Below, piece by piece: positions 1-12,806 of a stretch of 64,000 bases of DNA (position 1 is the first letter of the stretch; each line of letters starts with the position of its first letter). A program made the position numbers and the translations under genes. Source of the stretch: Fidelibacterota bacterium (lineage in GTDB: Bacteria; Fidelibacterota; Marinisomatia; Marinisomatales; JABMOV01); assembly GCA_046861395.1 (NCBI GenBank), contig JBHHUC010000001.1, forward strand, positions 32,001-96,000, given 5' to 3'. The notes beneath the pieces were generated by a model that was not told the origin of the DNA, searched no databases, and saw only the letters and a program-made list of their open reading frames with translations.

Positions 1-2686
1 GTTTGTCGATGGTTAAACGAAAACCAAGTCCGAATTCGGCATTGTCTTCAAACAGAGAATTGGACCAGGACGGTCCGCGACCGGCGTTGTTCTTTGCCCA
101 CGGTGTGGTGGGCAAATTTCCACCGTAGATAGAGGAACAACCGGTAGCGTTGGCTACAACCATGCGATCACCAAAAAGCTGTGATGCTAGTTTGACGTAG
201 GGTGTTTCACCGCAGCCGGAGCAGGCTCCTGAAAATTCAAACAGCGGCTGCAGAATCTGGGAACCTTTAACGGTATTATGTTTTACCAACTGGCGGTCGG
301 ATTCCGGTAACGTCAGGAAGAAATTCCAGTTTTCCCGCTCCGGTTTCCGCAGTGGGAATTGTTCTTCCATATTGATGGCCTTACGACTTACGTTGGATTT
401 ATCCTTCACCGGGCACACTTCAACACAAATGGCACATCCTGTACAATCTTCCGGTGCTACCTGGAGCGTATATACATCCTGCTCACCCCAATCTCGTCCC
501 TTTGGTTTCACATATTTAAATGTTTCCGGAGCCTTTTCCAGGAAGGAATCACTATAAACCTTGGGGCGAATAACAGCATGGGGACATACCAAGGCGCATT
601 TATTGCACTGGATACAGATATCGGGATTCCACACCGGTATTTCGGTAGAAATATTCCGCTTTTCCCATTGTGTCGTGGCCGTAGGCCAGGTCCCGTCGCT
701 GGGCATGGCACTGACAGGTAAATTGTCACCCTGTCCGGCTATCAGCTGGGCCGTGACATTCCGGACAAATTCCGGTGCCCCTTCCAGGCTGGCGTTCAGG
801 GAAACTTCGGTGCCGGTTACCAGATCCGGTAGGGCGATTTCCTGTAGATTGGCCAGGGTTTGGTCTACGGCGTTAAAGTTTTTCCGGACAATTTCCTCGC
901 CTTTCTTGCTGTAGCTTTTCTTGATAGCAGCCTTAATCTTGGCAATGGCGTCCTCCTTTTCCAGCACGCCGGAGATAGCGAAAAAGCAGGTTTGCATAAT
1001 GGTGTTGATCCGAACCCCCATGCCCGTTTCCCTGGCAACCTGCAAAGCATTTATATTATAAAACCGGGCTTTGCTGTCTAGCAATTGTTTCTGGACGTGG
1101 CGGGGAAGGTTATCCCATATCTCATTTTTTGCAAAGGGACTGTTCAAGAGAAAAATACCCCCCGGTTTGAGGTGTTTCAGGATATCTATTGTTTTCAGAA
1201 ATTCAAAATTGTGGCAGGCAACAAAATCTGCCTCTTGGATCAGGTACGTGGATTGAATCGGGTCCGAACCGAACCTTAAATGGGATATGGTCATGCTGCC
1301 GGACTTTTTGGAGTCGTAGACAAAATATCCCTGCGCATAATTCTCCGTTTCCGATCCGATGATTTTTATCGAATTTTTATTTGCCCCCACCGTTCCATCG
1401 GCACCCAGGCCAAAGAACATGCTTTGGTTTACGTCTTCGCCGGTGGTTTGGAAGTTGTCGTCATAATCCAGGCTGGTATGTGTGATATCATCAATGATAC
1501 CCAGCGTGAAGTGGTTCTTGGGTGTATCTTTCTTCAGTTCATCAAACACACCCTTAACCATCCCCGGTGTGAATTCTTTGGATGACAACCCATATCGTCC
1601 GCCAATGACCAGAGGAACGCTTCCGCCCTGAGTGCTTTCGGCAAAAGCCGTTACCACATCCTGGTAAAGTGGCTCACCGATGGCGCCTGGTTCCTTGGTG
1701 CGATCGAGTACAGCAATTTTTCGTACCGATTTCGGCAACGAATTCAAAAAATATTCTATTCCGAAGGGGCGATAGAGGCGTACTTTTATTACACCGACTT
1801 TTTCGCCGTCTGCCACGAGTTTATTCACGGTTTCATGAACCGTTTCGGCTCCCGATCCCATGAGAATAATGACCCGTTCTGCTTCCGGATGTCCTTCATA
1901 ATCGAACAATTGGTACTGACGGCCAACCTGCTTCGCAAACTGGTCCATGGTTTCCTGAACAATGCCTGGTGTCGCGTTATAATAGGTATTACATGCTTCT
2001 CGGGCCTGGAAGAATGTATCGGGGTTCTGGGCTGTACCCCGCAAGACGGGCCGGTTTGGGTTTAAGCCACGGCGGCGATGGGCCTGTACCAGGTCATTGT
2101 TTATGAGCGCTTTGATGTCATCGACAGTAATTTGCTCGATTTTCATTACTTCATGAGAGGTGCGGAAACCATCAAAAAAGTGTAGGAACGGTACCCGGGA
2201 TTTCAGGGTCGCAGCCTGAGCAATCAGGGCGAAGTCCATGACTTCCTGAACACTGTTAGAGGCCAACAGGGCAAAGCCGGTGGCGCGAGTGGCCATTACA
2301 TCCGAATGATCGCCGAATATCGACAAGGCGTGGGTTGCAATCGTTCGTGCCGAAACATGGAAGACGGTGGAAGTAAGTTCGCCGGAAATTTTATACATAT
2401 TGGGGATCATGAGCAATAATCCCTGCGAGGCGGTAAAGGTTGTGGTGAGGGCTCCGGTTTGCAAGGCTCCGTGAACGGCACCAGCGGCGCCACCTTCGCT
2501 TTGCATTTCAATTACGCTGGGAATGGTTCCCCAGATGTTTTTTTCACCCAGGGCCGACCAGGTGTCGGCCTGCTCTCCCATGGGCGAGGAAGGTGTGATA
2601 GGATAAATTGCTATGACTTCATTTGTTTTGTGGGCAATATAAGCAGCGGCTTCGTTGCCATCAATCGTAACCATTTTCCTGGACAT
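1..2686 (-). CDS. nifJ: Pyruvate:ferredoxin (flavodoxin) oxidoreductase, single-chain type; 3' end runs off the window
   Basis: Not in the ORF track; translated by hand from ATG at 2686 (GGAGG upstream). Starts MSRKMVTIDGNEAAAYIAHKTNEVIAIYPITPSSPMGE and contains EMQSEGGAAGAVHG, ferredoxin motifs CIQCNKCALVCP and CTGCAICVEVCP, and FEFSGACSGCGETPY in the same frame as the start. Confidence 0.95.
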   Translation of the reverse strand, partial: MSRKMVTIDGNEAAAYIAHKTNEVIAIYPITPSSPMGEQADTWSALGEKNIWGTIPSVIEMQSEGGAAGAVHGALQTGALTTTFTASQGLLLMIPNMYKISGELTSTVFHVSARTIATHALSIFGDHSDVMATRATGFALLASNSVQEVMDFALIAQAATLKSRVPFLHFFDGFRTSHEVMKIEQITVDDIKALINNDLVQAHRRRGLNPNRPVLRGTAQNPDTFFQAREACNTYYNATPGIVQETMDQFAKQVGRQYQLFDYEGHPEAERVIILMGSGAETVHETVNKLVADGEKVGVIKVRLYRPFGIEYFLNSLPKSVRKIAVLDRTKEPGAIGEPLYQDVVTAFAESTQGGSVPLVIGGRYGLSSKEFTPGMVKGVFDELKKDTPKNHFTLGIIDDITHTSLDYDDNFQTTGEDVNQSMFFGLGADGTVGANKNSIKIIGSETENYAQGYFVYDSKKSGSMTISHLRFGSDPIQSTYLIQEADFVACHNFEFLKTIDILKHLKPGGIFLLNSPFAKNEIWDNLPRHVQKQLLDSKARFYNINALQVARETGMGVRINTIMQTCFFAISGVLEKEDAIAKIKAAIKKSYSKKGEEIVRKNFNAVDQTLANLQEIALPDLVTGTEVSLNASLEGAPEFVRNVTAQLIAGQGDNLPVSAMPSDGTWPTATTQWEKRNISTEIPVWNPDICIQCNKCALVCPHAVIRPKVYSDSFLEKAPETFKYVKPKGRDWGEQDVYTLQVAPEDCTGCAICVEVCPVKDKSNVSRKAINMEEQFPLRKPERENWNFFLTLPESDRQLVKHNTVKGSQILQPLFEFSGACSGCGETPYVKLASQLFGDRMVVANATGCSSIYGGNLPTTPWAKNNAGRGPSWSNSLFEDNAEFGLGFRLTIDK

Positions 2687-3070
2687 GTGGTGTCCTCCAC
2701 GTTTCATAAGTTTTATTGGCGAAAAGAAGATGAAAAATTACATTAAAATGGATGTTCTTATCTAATTTGATATCAGGAATCTTGTACCGTGCCGAGAACC
2801 ACGCTTCAGCTGTTGTCAGGGGATGGCGTTGACAGGAACGTCTTCATCCCTGAAAATCGAAATGTATCACTGTAATTGGGGATACCCAGAAAAGGAGCCG
2901 GAATTTGTCGGTTTTTCGTGGCTGGTCAGCGGAAGTGTTTCGGTTTGCATTACGGTGTGCTTCAAAATATTACACTTCCGGCAGAAAAAACCATCTGATC
3001 TCTTCCTTTTAGACGAAAGTTGGCCGGTGGCATGTTCTTTGTAAGCTGGGAAGTGAAACCGAGAAGATTG

Positions 3071-3253
3071 ATGAAAGAATTTATCGAAACACAACGTGAA
3101 ATTATCCGTTATATTGAAAGACGGGACCGCCGATTGAAAGACGGAACGGTCTTACCGCATAAGATCTTTTTTCTTGATATTCGGGTTCGCGACCTGACAG
3201 CTGAAGCAGTAGCAAAACTGATTTCGGAATATAGTTTTCTTGGTCTATCATAA
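3071..3253 (+). CDS. Small hypothetical protein (about 60 aa)
   Basis: ORF MKEFIETQREIIRYIERRDRRLKDG... fills the gap before psuG. No family recognised; the ORF track gives an alternative start at 3020. Confidence 0.3.
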   Translation: MKEFIETQREIIRYIERRDRRLKDGTVLPHKIFFLDIRVRDLTAEAVAKLISEYSFLGLS

Positions 3254-3312
3254 CGGATAATTGTTGTCGGTGACCAGTGGCGGCAAGGGTTTCCTTGCCC
3301 CTAACTTTGCCC

Positions 3313-4290
3313 ATGATATCCATCCCCCCTTCTATTCTTCATATTCATCCTGAGGTTCGCCAGGCACGGGAAAATCACAAGCCGGTTCTGGCCCTTGAAA
3401 CCACCATTTTATCCCACGGAATGCCTTATCCGGAAAACGTGTCTTTTGCCCTGCGGTCCGAAGCTGTTGTTCGGGAAGCTGGGGTCGTACCCGCCGCGAT
3501 CGGAATTATAAGCGGAAAGATTGTTGTGGGGCTTGATCACGATCAATTGACACAATTATGCCGAGCCGATGAGGTGGAAAAAGTGGCTGTCCGGGATATA
3601 TCCCATGTCCTTTTTCGGAAAAAGCATGGTGCCACTACAGTATCGGCAACCATGGCGATTGCGGCTGCAGCGGGAATCAGCGTTTTTGCCACTGGCGGCA
3701 TTGGCGGTGTGCACAGGAATCTGTCTCAAACCATCGATATATCGCAAGATATTGCGGCTCTGATCCAGTATCCGTTGGTGGTCATCTCGGCCGGGGCCAA
3801 AGCGATTCTGGATTTACCCAATACTCTGGAAGCGCTGGAAGCAGCCGGAGTCCCGGTGATTGGTTTCGGAACAACGGCTTTTCCTTCCTTTTATTCCCGG
3901 TCTTCTTCGTTACCTGTGCCTTTTACGGTCAAAACGCCGACTGCGATCGCATCCTGGTACGCCAAGCATCTGAATTTGGGTTCAACGTCGGCTTTGCTGG
4001 TTGCCAACCCCGTGCCGGCAGAAAATGAAATACCGCAATCCGAAATTGATCCGCTTATTGCAGAAGCGCTACAGGATGCAGAAAAAAGGGAAATTAGGGG
4101 AAAGGAATTAACACCTTATTTGCTGGCGAAAATTGTTGAAAAAACAGCGGGGAGAGCTCTCAAAACAAATATTGCTTTGGCGTTGAACAATATTCGTCTG
4201 GGATGTGAGGTTGCGACGGAAATTTGTCTCAGGCCGGTGTCGCCTGGCCTACGTAGGACTGAACGGTCTGAAGAAGCTTTTCCTTCATGA
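3313..4290 (+). CDS. psuG: Pseudouridine-5'-phosphate glycosidase
   Basis: Motifs PVLALETTILSHGMPYPEN, GATTVSATM, VFATGGIGGVHR, SAGAKAILD and GKELTPYLL. ATG 3313 is preferred over GTG 3277. Confidence 0.93.
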   Translation: MISIPPSILHIHPEVRQARENHKPVLALETTILSHGMPYPENVSFALRSEAVVREAGVVPAAIGIISGKIVVGLDHDQLTQLCRADEVEKVAVRDISHVLFRKKHGATTVSATMAIAAAAGISVFATGGIGGVHRNLSQTIDISQDIAALIQYPLVVISAGAKAILDLPNTLEALEAAGVPVIGFGTTAFPSFYSRSSSLPVPFTVKTPTAIASWYAKHLNLGSTSALLVANPVPAENEIPQSEIDPLIAEALQDAEKREIRGKELTPYLLAKIVEKTAGRALKTNIALALNNIRLGCEVATEICLRPVSPGLRRTERSEEAFPS

Positions 4291-4609
4291 TCGGTTTGGT
4301 GAGAAAAGCATCACAACCGGCTTCCAGGCTGCGATCGCGGTCGTGCGTAAAGGCATGTGCGGTCGTGGCTATGACCGGAATGGATTTTACCGCAGGCGTT
4401 GATTTGATGAATTTGGGAATATCCAATCCGTCATCGTTGTTTTCCAGGGCAATGTCCACCAAAACACAACTGTAACTTTCCTGTTTTATTTTTCGGATGG
4501 CATCCCGGGAGTTTTTTACATAGTCTAATTGATAATCTTCTAAAAAGTAGTGTAATAATTTCTGGCTAACAAGATCGTCTTCAGCGACGAGAATTTTCGG
4601 TTTGTTCAT
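4229..4609 (-). CDS. Single-domain CheY-like response regulator
   Basis: KILVAEDD, VLVDIAL (phospho-Asp), IPVIATTAHA, GCDAFLTKPI; SD AGGAGAG upstream. Confidence 0.88.
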   Translation of the reverse strand: MNKPKILVAEDDLVSQKLLHYFLEDYQLDYVKNSRDAIRKIKQESYSCVLVDIALENNDDGLDIPKFIKSTPAVKSIPVIATTAHAFTHDRDRSLEAGCDAFLTKPIMKEKLLQTVQSYVGQATPA

Positions 4610-4740
4610 TCTTCTCTCCTAAATCCCAATGAAAGATTTCTCTCTCTTTGGGTTCCCCGCGTTGTGTTTCGTTACGGGACCATATGATTTCCAATAATCA
4701 GATAAATTTAGTTCTCCGACCCCATATATGTAAAGAATTA

Positions 4741-6849
4741 TTATGTGTTTTGCAAGACAAAGGCCCAAATATCCGCCTGTTCCGCAATTCGTTTCGAGGT
4801 TGGTTTCCCGGCTCCGTGTCCTGCCTTGGTTTCAATTCGTATCAGTTTCGGGGCGGTGTATTTTTCCTGCTTTTCCTGTAAGGTGGCTATGTATTTAAAG
4901 GAATGGGCCGGCACAACCCGGTCATCATGGTCGGCGGTGGTTACCAGAATCGCCGGGTAGGAAACATCGTCGCGGATATTATGTAAGGGAGAATAACGGA
5001 ATAGGTTTTGGAAGTTTTCCTCCGTATCGCTGGAGCCGTATTCAACGGCCCAGGCGTACCCGATCGTAAAGGTGTGGTAACGCAACATATCCATTACACC
5101 GACCTGGGGAATGGCAACGGCAAATAAATCCGGACGCTGATTGACGACCGCTCCCACCAGTAATCCACCATTTGATCCCCCCTTTATCGCCAGGTGTTCC
5201 GGCAAAGTGTAACCGTTGGCAATTAAATATTCTCCCGCTGCAATGAAGTCGTCAAATACGTTTTGCTTCTTGAACAGCATTCCCGCTTCGTGCCAGTTTT
5301 CCCCATATTCTCCGCCACCTCGAAGATTAGCGACGGCATAGACGCCACCACGCTCCAAAAAGACAATATTGCTCACACTGAAACGAGGGGTAATGCTGAT
5401 ATTAAACCCACCGTAGCCGTATAATAGGGTCGGATTGTTGCCATCTTTTTTCAGGTCTTTTTTATGGACGATAAACATGGGAATTCTGGTCCCGTCCTTA
5501 CTGGGATAAAAAACCTGTCTTACTCCATATTCGGTGGGGTTGAAGTCAATTTCAGATTTGCGGAAAACGGATGAAGTATTGGTCTGAAAATCATAGCGAT
5601 ATATTGTTCCAGGTGAAATAAATGACGTAAAACTGTAAAACGTTTCCATATCATTGGGCTTGCCGGAAAAGCCGCTTGCTGATCCGATCCCGGGGAGTGG
5701 AATTTCTTTTTCAAAGCGGCCGGCGCGGGAAAAGATTTTGATTCTCGTACTGGCATCCTGCAGATAGTTAGCCACCAGTTTTCCACCCACCGCCGAAAGG
5801 TTTCGCAACGTATGTTCCGATTCCGGAATCAATGTCTGCCAGTTGTCCGGCTCCGGCTTTTGCGGGTCAACGCGCACCACGCGCTGGTTCGGTGCCTCCA
5901 GCGTTGTCAAGAGCAATAGATATTCCCCGTCATTGTCAATCACGGAATGTTCATAGTCAAAATTATCGATGAGTGTTTTCCAGCCCTCATCCGAAACTGT
6001 GCGGTCTTTGAACATCAGAGCCGTGCCGTGTGTGCCGCGGGAACGATAGAGAATCAGATAGCGGCCATCATCCGTAACACTGACATAATTCCCGATTTTT
6101 GGGTGCTCCGGGTCTTCATAAACCAGGGTGTCCGCGGCCTGGTTAGTGCCCAATTCATGGAAATAAATTTTCATGTTTTCATTGGCGGCCGTAAGTTCAT
6201 CGCCCTGACCTGGCTCCGGCAGACGGCTGTAATAAAACCCGTTGTCCGCCCAGGCCATTCCAGAAAATTTGACCCATTGAATATGGTCATCAAGAAGCGT
6301 TCTGGATTCAATATCCAGAACACGAAACTCCCGCCAGTCCGACCCGGCGGTACTCAGAGCATACCCCATGTAGCGGCCGTCCGGTGAAAAATAGGTTCCG
6401 GCAAGGGCCACGGTGCCATCTTCTGACAATGTGTTGGGGTCTATAAGAACATCAGCGGGACTATCCAGCGTTTCCTGGACATAGAGTACTGACTGGTTTT
6501 GTAAGCCGTCATTTTTATAAAAGAAATAGCGTTTTCCGGCCTTGAAGGGTGGAGAATAGCGGGGATAATTCCAGAGGGTTTCCAGGCGTTGTTTCAAACT
6601 GTCACGAAAGGGAATTTTTTCCAGGTAGGAAAAGGTTAGATTATTCTGTTCCTGGACCCACTTTGCCGTTTCTTCCGACCGGTCATCTTCTAGCCAGCGA
6701 TAGGGATCGGGAACATCCGTGCCAAAATAATTATCGGTGACGGCTTCTTTTCTCGTTTCGGGGTAGGAGATGCTTCCGGTTCCGGAGGGAATCAGATAAC
6801 AGCCGGCAAGGAGAACCAGGACAGTTACAAACAATGTTTTTTGTTTCAT
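4741..6849 (-). CDS. Prolyl oligopeptidase (S9A), exported, possibly a lipoprotein
   Basis: DPYRWLED, catalytic GGSNGGLL, DHDDRVVP and AGHGAGK motifs. Signal MKQKTLFVTVLVLLAGC from ATG 6849. Confidence 0.93.
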   Translation of the reverse strand: MKQKTLFVTVLVLLAGCYLIPSGTGSISYPETRKEAVTDNYFGTDVPDPYRWLEDDRSEETAKWVQEQNNLTFSYLEKIPFRDSLKQRLETLWNYPRYSPPFKAGKRYFFYKNDGLQNQSVLYVQETLDSPADVLIDPNTLSEDGTVALAGTYFSPDGRYMGYALSTAGSDWREFRVLDIESRTLLDDHIQWVKFSGMAWADNGFYYSRLPEPGQGDELTAANENMKIYFHELGTNQAADTLVYEDPEHPKIGNYVSVTDDGRYLILYRSRGTHGTALMFKDRTVSDEGWKTLIDNFDYEHSVIDNDGEYLLLLTTLEAPNQRVVRVDPQKPEPDNWQTLIPESEHTLRNLSAVGGKLVANYLQDASTRIKIFSRAGRFEKEIPLPGIGSASGFSGKPNDMETFYSFTSFISPGTIYRYDFQTNTSSVFRKSEIDFNPTEYGVRQVFYPSKDGTRIPMFIVHKKDLKKDGNNPTLLYGYGGFNISITPRFSVSNIVFLERGGVYAVANLRGGGEYGENWHEAGMLFKKQNVFDDFIAAGEYLIANGYTLPEHLAIKGGSNGGLLVGAVVNQRPDLFAVAIPQVGVMDMLRYHTFTIGYAWAVEYGSSDTEENFQNLFRYSPLHNIRDDVSYPAILVTTADHDDRVVPAHSFKYIATLQEKQEKYTAPKLIRIETKAGHGAGKPTSKRIAEQADIWAFVLQNT

Positions 6850-6853
6850 ATTT

Positions 6854-7378
6854 TTATCTTTTGGGTTGTGTGAAAAAGTTTGTCGCGGCTTCTTCCGGAA
6901 TACCAAAACCACAGACGGAAATGTCCAGGTAATGCCACAGGGGACTGATAATTCCGGCCGCTTCGCTGATTACCAGGTCGGGTATTTCGATATTGTGAAA
7001 CCGGGTCGGGCCAGCGGTAAAGACCGTGGCCGGTTGGGCAAAGGGGTGGGGCCGATACACGTGGGACATATCCGGAAATTGGGTCCTGTCTTGAAAAGGT
7101 GTATCGCCCCGCAGAAAATTGATCCCGGAACCATTAATGTGATCCCGAATGGTCACCGGGCGCTTATCCCTGATTCGATCAAGAATGATAATGTTTTCCA
7201 TTGGAAAGGCTTTGATCAGCCGGGTCAGATTCTCCAGGTTGATGGCGGATGAGTCGAAAGTCACCGGGGACAGGTTAATACTATTGTTGGTTTTGAAAAT
7301 GTAGTGGTCTGCGACTGTCTTGTCCGGCCTTAACAGGTTCCAGTTTTCCGGAAACAGGAGATAGTAAAAATCAGACAT
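6854..7378 (-). CDS. Truncated or degenerate purine nucleoside phosphorylase-like protein
   Basis: IRDHINGSGINFLRG...FPDMSHVY...AGP resembles the PNP-I core. Only 174 aa from MSDFYY; the start overlaps the yggS stop. Confidence 0.6.
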   Translation of the reverse strand: MSDFYYLLFPENWNLLRPDKTVADHYIFKTNNSINLSPVTFDSSAINLENLTRLIKAFPMENIIILDRIRDKRPVTIRDHINGSGINFLRGDTPFQDRTQFPDMSHVYRPHPFAQPATVFTAGPTRFHNIEIPDLVISEAAGIISPLWHYLDISVCGFGIPEEAATNFFTQPKR

Positions 7379-8075
7379 GGGTCGGCGGCCAGGGTTTCCG
7401 GGGACCAAACAACAAGGTGCCAAGCCGAATCATGGTGGCCCCTTCCTCCACGGCTATTTCATAATCATTACTCATACCCATTGAAAGTTCGGTGAGTTTT
7501 TTCTCCGGCGGCAGGTGGGTGTTGAGTTTTTCGCGCAAGGTGTATAACGAACAAAAGGCAGCGCGAATCTTCGTAGCGTCATCGGTGAGCGGACCAACGG
7601 TCATGAGCCCCTTGACGGAAAGCCGATCGGAAGTCAAACAACTCAGCATATCCTCTTCGGCCGAGGAATCGAATCCGTGCTTGGCCGCCTCTCCGCTGGT
7701 GTTGACTTCCAGCAAGACATCCATTGGGGGACGGTCTTCCGGCAGGCGGGATTCAATGGCACGGAAAAGAGCAACGGAGTCGATGCTGTCGATGGTGTCA
7801 AACAAAGACAGACTTTTATTGATTTTATTGGTCTGCAGATGGCCGATCATTCTGCGGATTAATCCAGGTAAGGCCGGCAGAAGGGAAAACTTCCGGGCCG
7901 CTTCCTGAACACGGTTTTCGCCAATCGTTCGCAGACCGGCCCGATAAATATCTTCAATCGTCGCGGCGGAATGCGTCTTGGTCACGGCAATGATTTCCAC
8001 AGGATTGGTGTGTCCGCTGCGTCGTTGAGCGGTGGCAATTGTGGCCTGAATCCGGGCTAACCGTTCCGTAAGCAA
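7371..8075 (-). CDS. yggS: PLP homeostasis protein (YggS/PLPBP)
   Basis: IIAVTKT (PLP Lys), IGENRVQEA, IGHLQTNK, GLMT and ELSMGMSNDYEIAVEEGATMIRLGT. Confidence 0.95.
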   Translation of the reverse strand: MLTERLARIQATIATAQRRSGHTNPVEIIAVTKTHSAATIEDIYRAGLRTIGENRVQEAARKFSLLPALPGLIRRMIGHLQTNKINKSLSLFDTIDSIDSVALFRAIESRLPEDRPPMDVLLEVNTSGEAAKHGFDSSAEEDMLSCLTSDRLSVKGLMTVGPLTDDATKIRAAFCSLYTLREKLNTHLPPEKKLTELSMGMSNDYEIAVEEGATMIRLGTLLFGPRKPWPPTHV

Positions 8076-8081
8076 GCGCGG

Positions 8082-10559
8082 CTACTCCCCGTCAGCGGTG
8101 TCCTCTGTGTTTGCTGGAGGTTCTTCGCTATCATCGGAAGTCACGCGGGAAATGGATGCGATGGATGATCCTTCATCCAGTTTTACCAGGCGCACACCTT
8201 GCGTTACACGACCGATGGTTCGGATTTCCTTCACCGATTGTCGCATGAGAACCCCCTGGTTGGTTATGATCATCAGATCGTCGGAATCCACCACTTCCAT
8301 CATGGAAACCATTTTTCCGGTTTTTTCCGTCGTGCGCATGGTCATGATACCCTTTCCGCCCCGGCTTTGAATCCGGTATTGAATAACATCCGTTCTTTTA
8401 CCGTAGCCTCTTTCCGTAGCCACCAGGATGGTTCCTTCCCGTTTCACCACCAGCATGCCGACAACCTCATCCGTTTTTGAACTCAGGGTAATCCCTTTGA
8501 CGCCCAAGGTCTTACGCCCGCTGGGACGAATATTTTTTTCAGAAAAACGAATTGATTTCCCTTCCCGGGTTCCCAGGAGAATGTCGTTGTCGCCATCCGT
8601 GATTCGGGCTTCAATCAATTTGTCTCCCTCCCTGATATCGATGGCATAGATGCCGCCTTTGCGTGGCTTGCCGTAGGCGCTCAACACAGTCTTTTTCACC
8701 AGACCGTTGCGGGTGGCCATGACAATATAACGATCATCCGTGAATTCCTTCACACTGACAAACGCTTCGGTACGTTCGCCGGGTTCACACCCGATTAAAT
8801 TCACAATGGCGCGGCCTCGGGTCGCCCGGCCGCCCTGGGGAATATCATAAACTTTCAACCAATAGCATTTACCGCGATCGGTGAAAAAGAGCATATAATT
8901 ATGCGTATTGGCGATGAAGAGGTGTTCCACAAAATCTTCATCTTTTGACGCTGCACCCTGTATTCCCCGTCCACCGCGACGCTGACTGCGATAGGTTGTT
9001 ACGGCTGTACGTTTGATATAACCCTTGTGGGTAATGGTAATGACCATATCTTCCTGGGCGATGATATCTTCCACAGAGAAATGGGCACCGACGGGGATGA
9101 TTTCGGTTCGGCGTTCATCACCATATTGGTCCCGCACTTCGATCATTTCTTTTTTTATAATATCCATTCTCTGGGAGCGGCTTTCCAGAACACCTTTTAA
9201 CTGGGCGATAGTCTTTATGAGGTCACGGTATTCTTCCACCACTTTGTCCACTTCTAGGCTTGTCAGGCGCTGTAAACGCATGTCCAAAATGGCCTGGGCC
9301 TGTTTCTCAGACAAATCAAAGGCGTTCATCAGTCCTTCTTTAGCATGACTTGGGTCTTTGCTGCCGCGAATAATGGCGATTGCTTCATCGATATTGTCCA
9401 GGGCAATTTTCAATCCTTCTAGAATATGGGCCCGGCCCTCTGCCCGTTTCAGCTCAAACTTGGTCCTGCGGATTACCACTTCATGGCGAAAATCAACGAA
9501 GGACTGCATCATCTGTTTCAATGGCATGACGCGGGGAATGCCGTCCATTAGAGCCAAGAGAATGATACCAAAGGTATCCTGCAACTGTGTGTGCGCATAC
9601 AGCTGATTCAAAATGACATCGGGAATGGCGTCACGCTTGAGCTCAATAACGACACGGATTCCGTCCTTGTCTGACTCGTCCCTTAAATCCGTGATTCCTT
9701 CCAATTTTTTATCCCGCACCAGATCGGCGATTTTTTCAATCAGGTTAGCCTTGTTAACCTGGTATGGCAATTCATCAAGTATGATTGATTCTTTGCCCTG
9801 TTTGGTTGTTTCCACGTGGGCGCGGGCGCGAACAGTGATTTTTCCCCGCCCGGTGGCGTAGGCCTGTTTCAGGCCATCAATGCCAAAAATGAGGGCTCCG
9901 GTGGGAAAGTCCGGACCCTTGATGTTTGTCATGAGTCCGTCCACGTCAATGTCGGGATTATCAATCAGGGCTATCAGGCCATCTATCACTTCCGATAAAT
10001 TGTGGGGCGGAATCTTGGTTGCCATTCCCACGGCAATTCCTTCTGACCCGTTGACCAAAAGGGCGGGGATTACGGTGGGTAAAACCTGAGGTTCCTGCAG
10101 GGTGTCATCGAAGTTGGGAACCCATTCCACCGTGTCCTTATCCAGGTCGCGCAACATTTCACTTCCCAGGCGTGTCATCCTGGATTCGGTGTACCGCATG
10201 GCCGCGGCCCGGTCGCCGTCTACGGAACCAAAGTTCCCCTGACCATCCACCAGCTCATAGCGCATGGAAAACGGTTGGGCCATGCGTACTAGGGCATCGT
10301 AAACAGATGAGTCTCCATGGGGATGGTATTTTCCCAGTACGTCACCGACGATTCGCGCCGATTTCTTATAGGGTCGGCTCCACCCGGAACCCAGCTCGCT
10401 CATTCCGAAAAGTATTCTGCGGTGGACCGGTTTCAGTCCGTCGCGAACATCGGGCAGGGCACGAGCCACGATAACGGACATGGAATAGTTGAGATAGCTT
10501 TCGCGCAATTCCTCAACAATGTCTTTACTAATTGTATTTTCTCTGGCAATATCCATCAT
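8082..10559 (-). CDS. gyrA: DNA gyrase subunit A
   Basis: [32 protein letters not shown], GyrA-box QRRGGRG and a beta-pinwheel C-terminal domain. Confidence 0.98.
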   Translation of the reverse strand: MMDIARENTISKDIVEELRESYLNYSMSVIVARALPDVRDGLKPVHRRILFGMSELGSGWSRPYKKSARIVGDVLGKYHPHGDSSVYDALVRMAQPFSMRYELVDGQGNFGSVDGDRAAAMRYTESRMTRLGSEMLRDLDKDTVEWVPNFDDTLQEPQVLPTVIPALLVNGSEGIAVGMATKIPPHNLSEVIDGLIALIDNPDIDVDGLMTNIKGPDFPTGALIFGIDGLKQAYATGRGKITVRARAHVETTKQGKESIILDELPYQVNKANLIEKIADLVRDKKLEGITDLRDESDKDGIRVVIELKRDAIPDVILNQLYAHTQLQDTFGIILLALMDGIPRVMPLKQMMQSFVDFRHEVVIRRTKFELKRAEGRAHILEGLKIALDNIDEAIAIIRGSKDPSHAKEGLMNAFDLSEKQAQAILDMRLQRLTSLEVDKVVEEYRDLIKTIAQLKGVLESRSQRMDIIKKEMIEVRDQYGDERRTEIIPVGAHFSVEDIIAQEDMVITITHKGYIKRTAVTTYRSQRRGGRGIQGAASKDEDFVEHLFIANTHNYMLFFTDRGKCYWLKVYDIPQGGRATRGRAIVNLIGCEPGERTEAFVSVKEFTDDRYIVMATRNGLVKKTVLSAYGKPRKGGIYAIDIREGDKLIEARITDGDNDILLGTREGKSIRFSEKNIRPSGRKTLGVKGITLSSKTDEVVGMLVVKREGTILVATERGYGKRTDVIQYRIQSRGGKGIMTMRTTEKTGKMVSMMEVVDSDDLMIITNQGVLMRQSVKEIRTIGRVTQGVRLVKLDEGSSIASISRVTSDDSEEPPANTEDTADGE

Positions 10560-10572
10560 ATTTTGTATTGGG

Positions 10573-12805
<2,233 letters not shown>

Positions 12806-12806
<1 letters not shown>

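Noticed and set aside
359..2746. Many plus-strand ORFs of 60-120 aa in the ORF track
   Set aside because: They are antisense shadows of the PFOR gene, which the track missed because it runs off the window edge.
2816..2853. Imperfect hairpin TCAGGGGATGGCGTT...AACGTCTTCATCCCTGA upstream of PFOR, considered as a riboswitch or ncRNA
   Set aside because: No recognisable aptamer consensus and no U-tract; it cannot be supported without a covariance search.
4229..4290. 62-bp convergent overlap between psuG and the response regulator
   Set aside because: It involves only non-conserved C-terminal tails, which is common for convergent genes.
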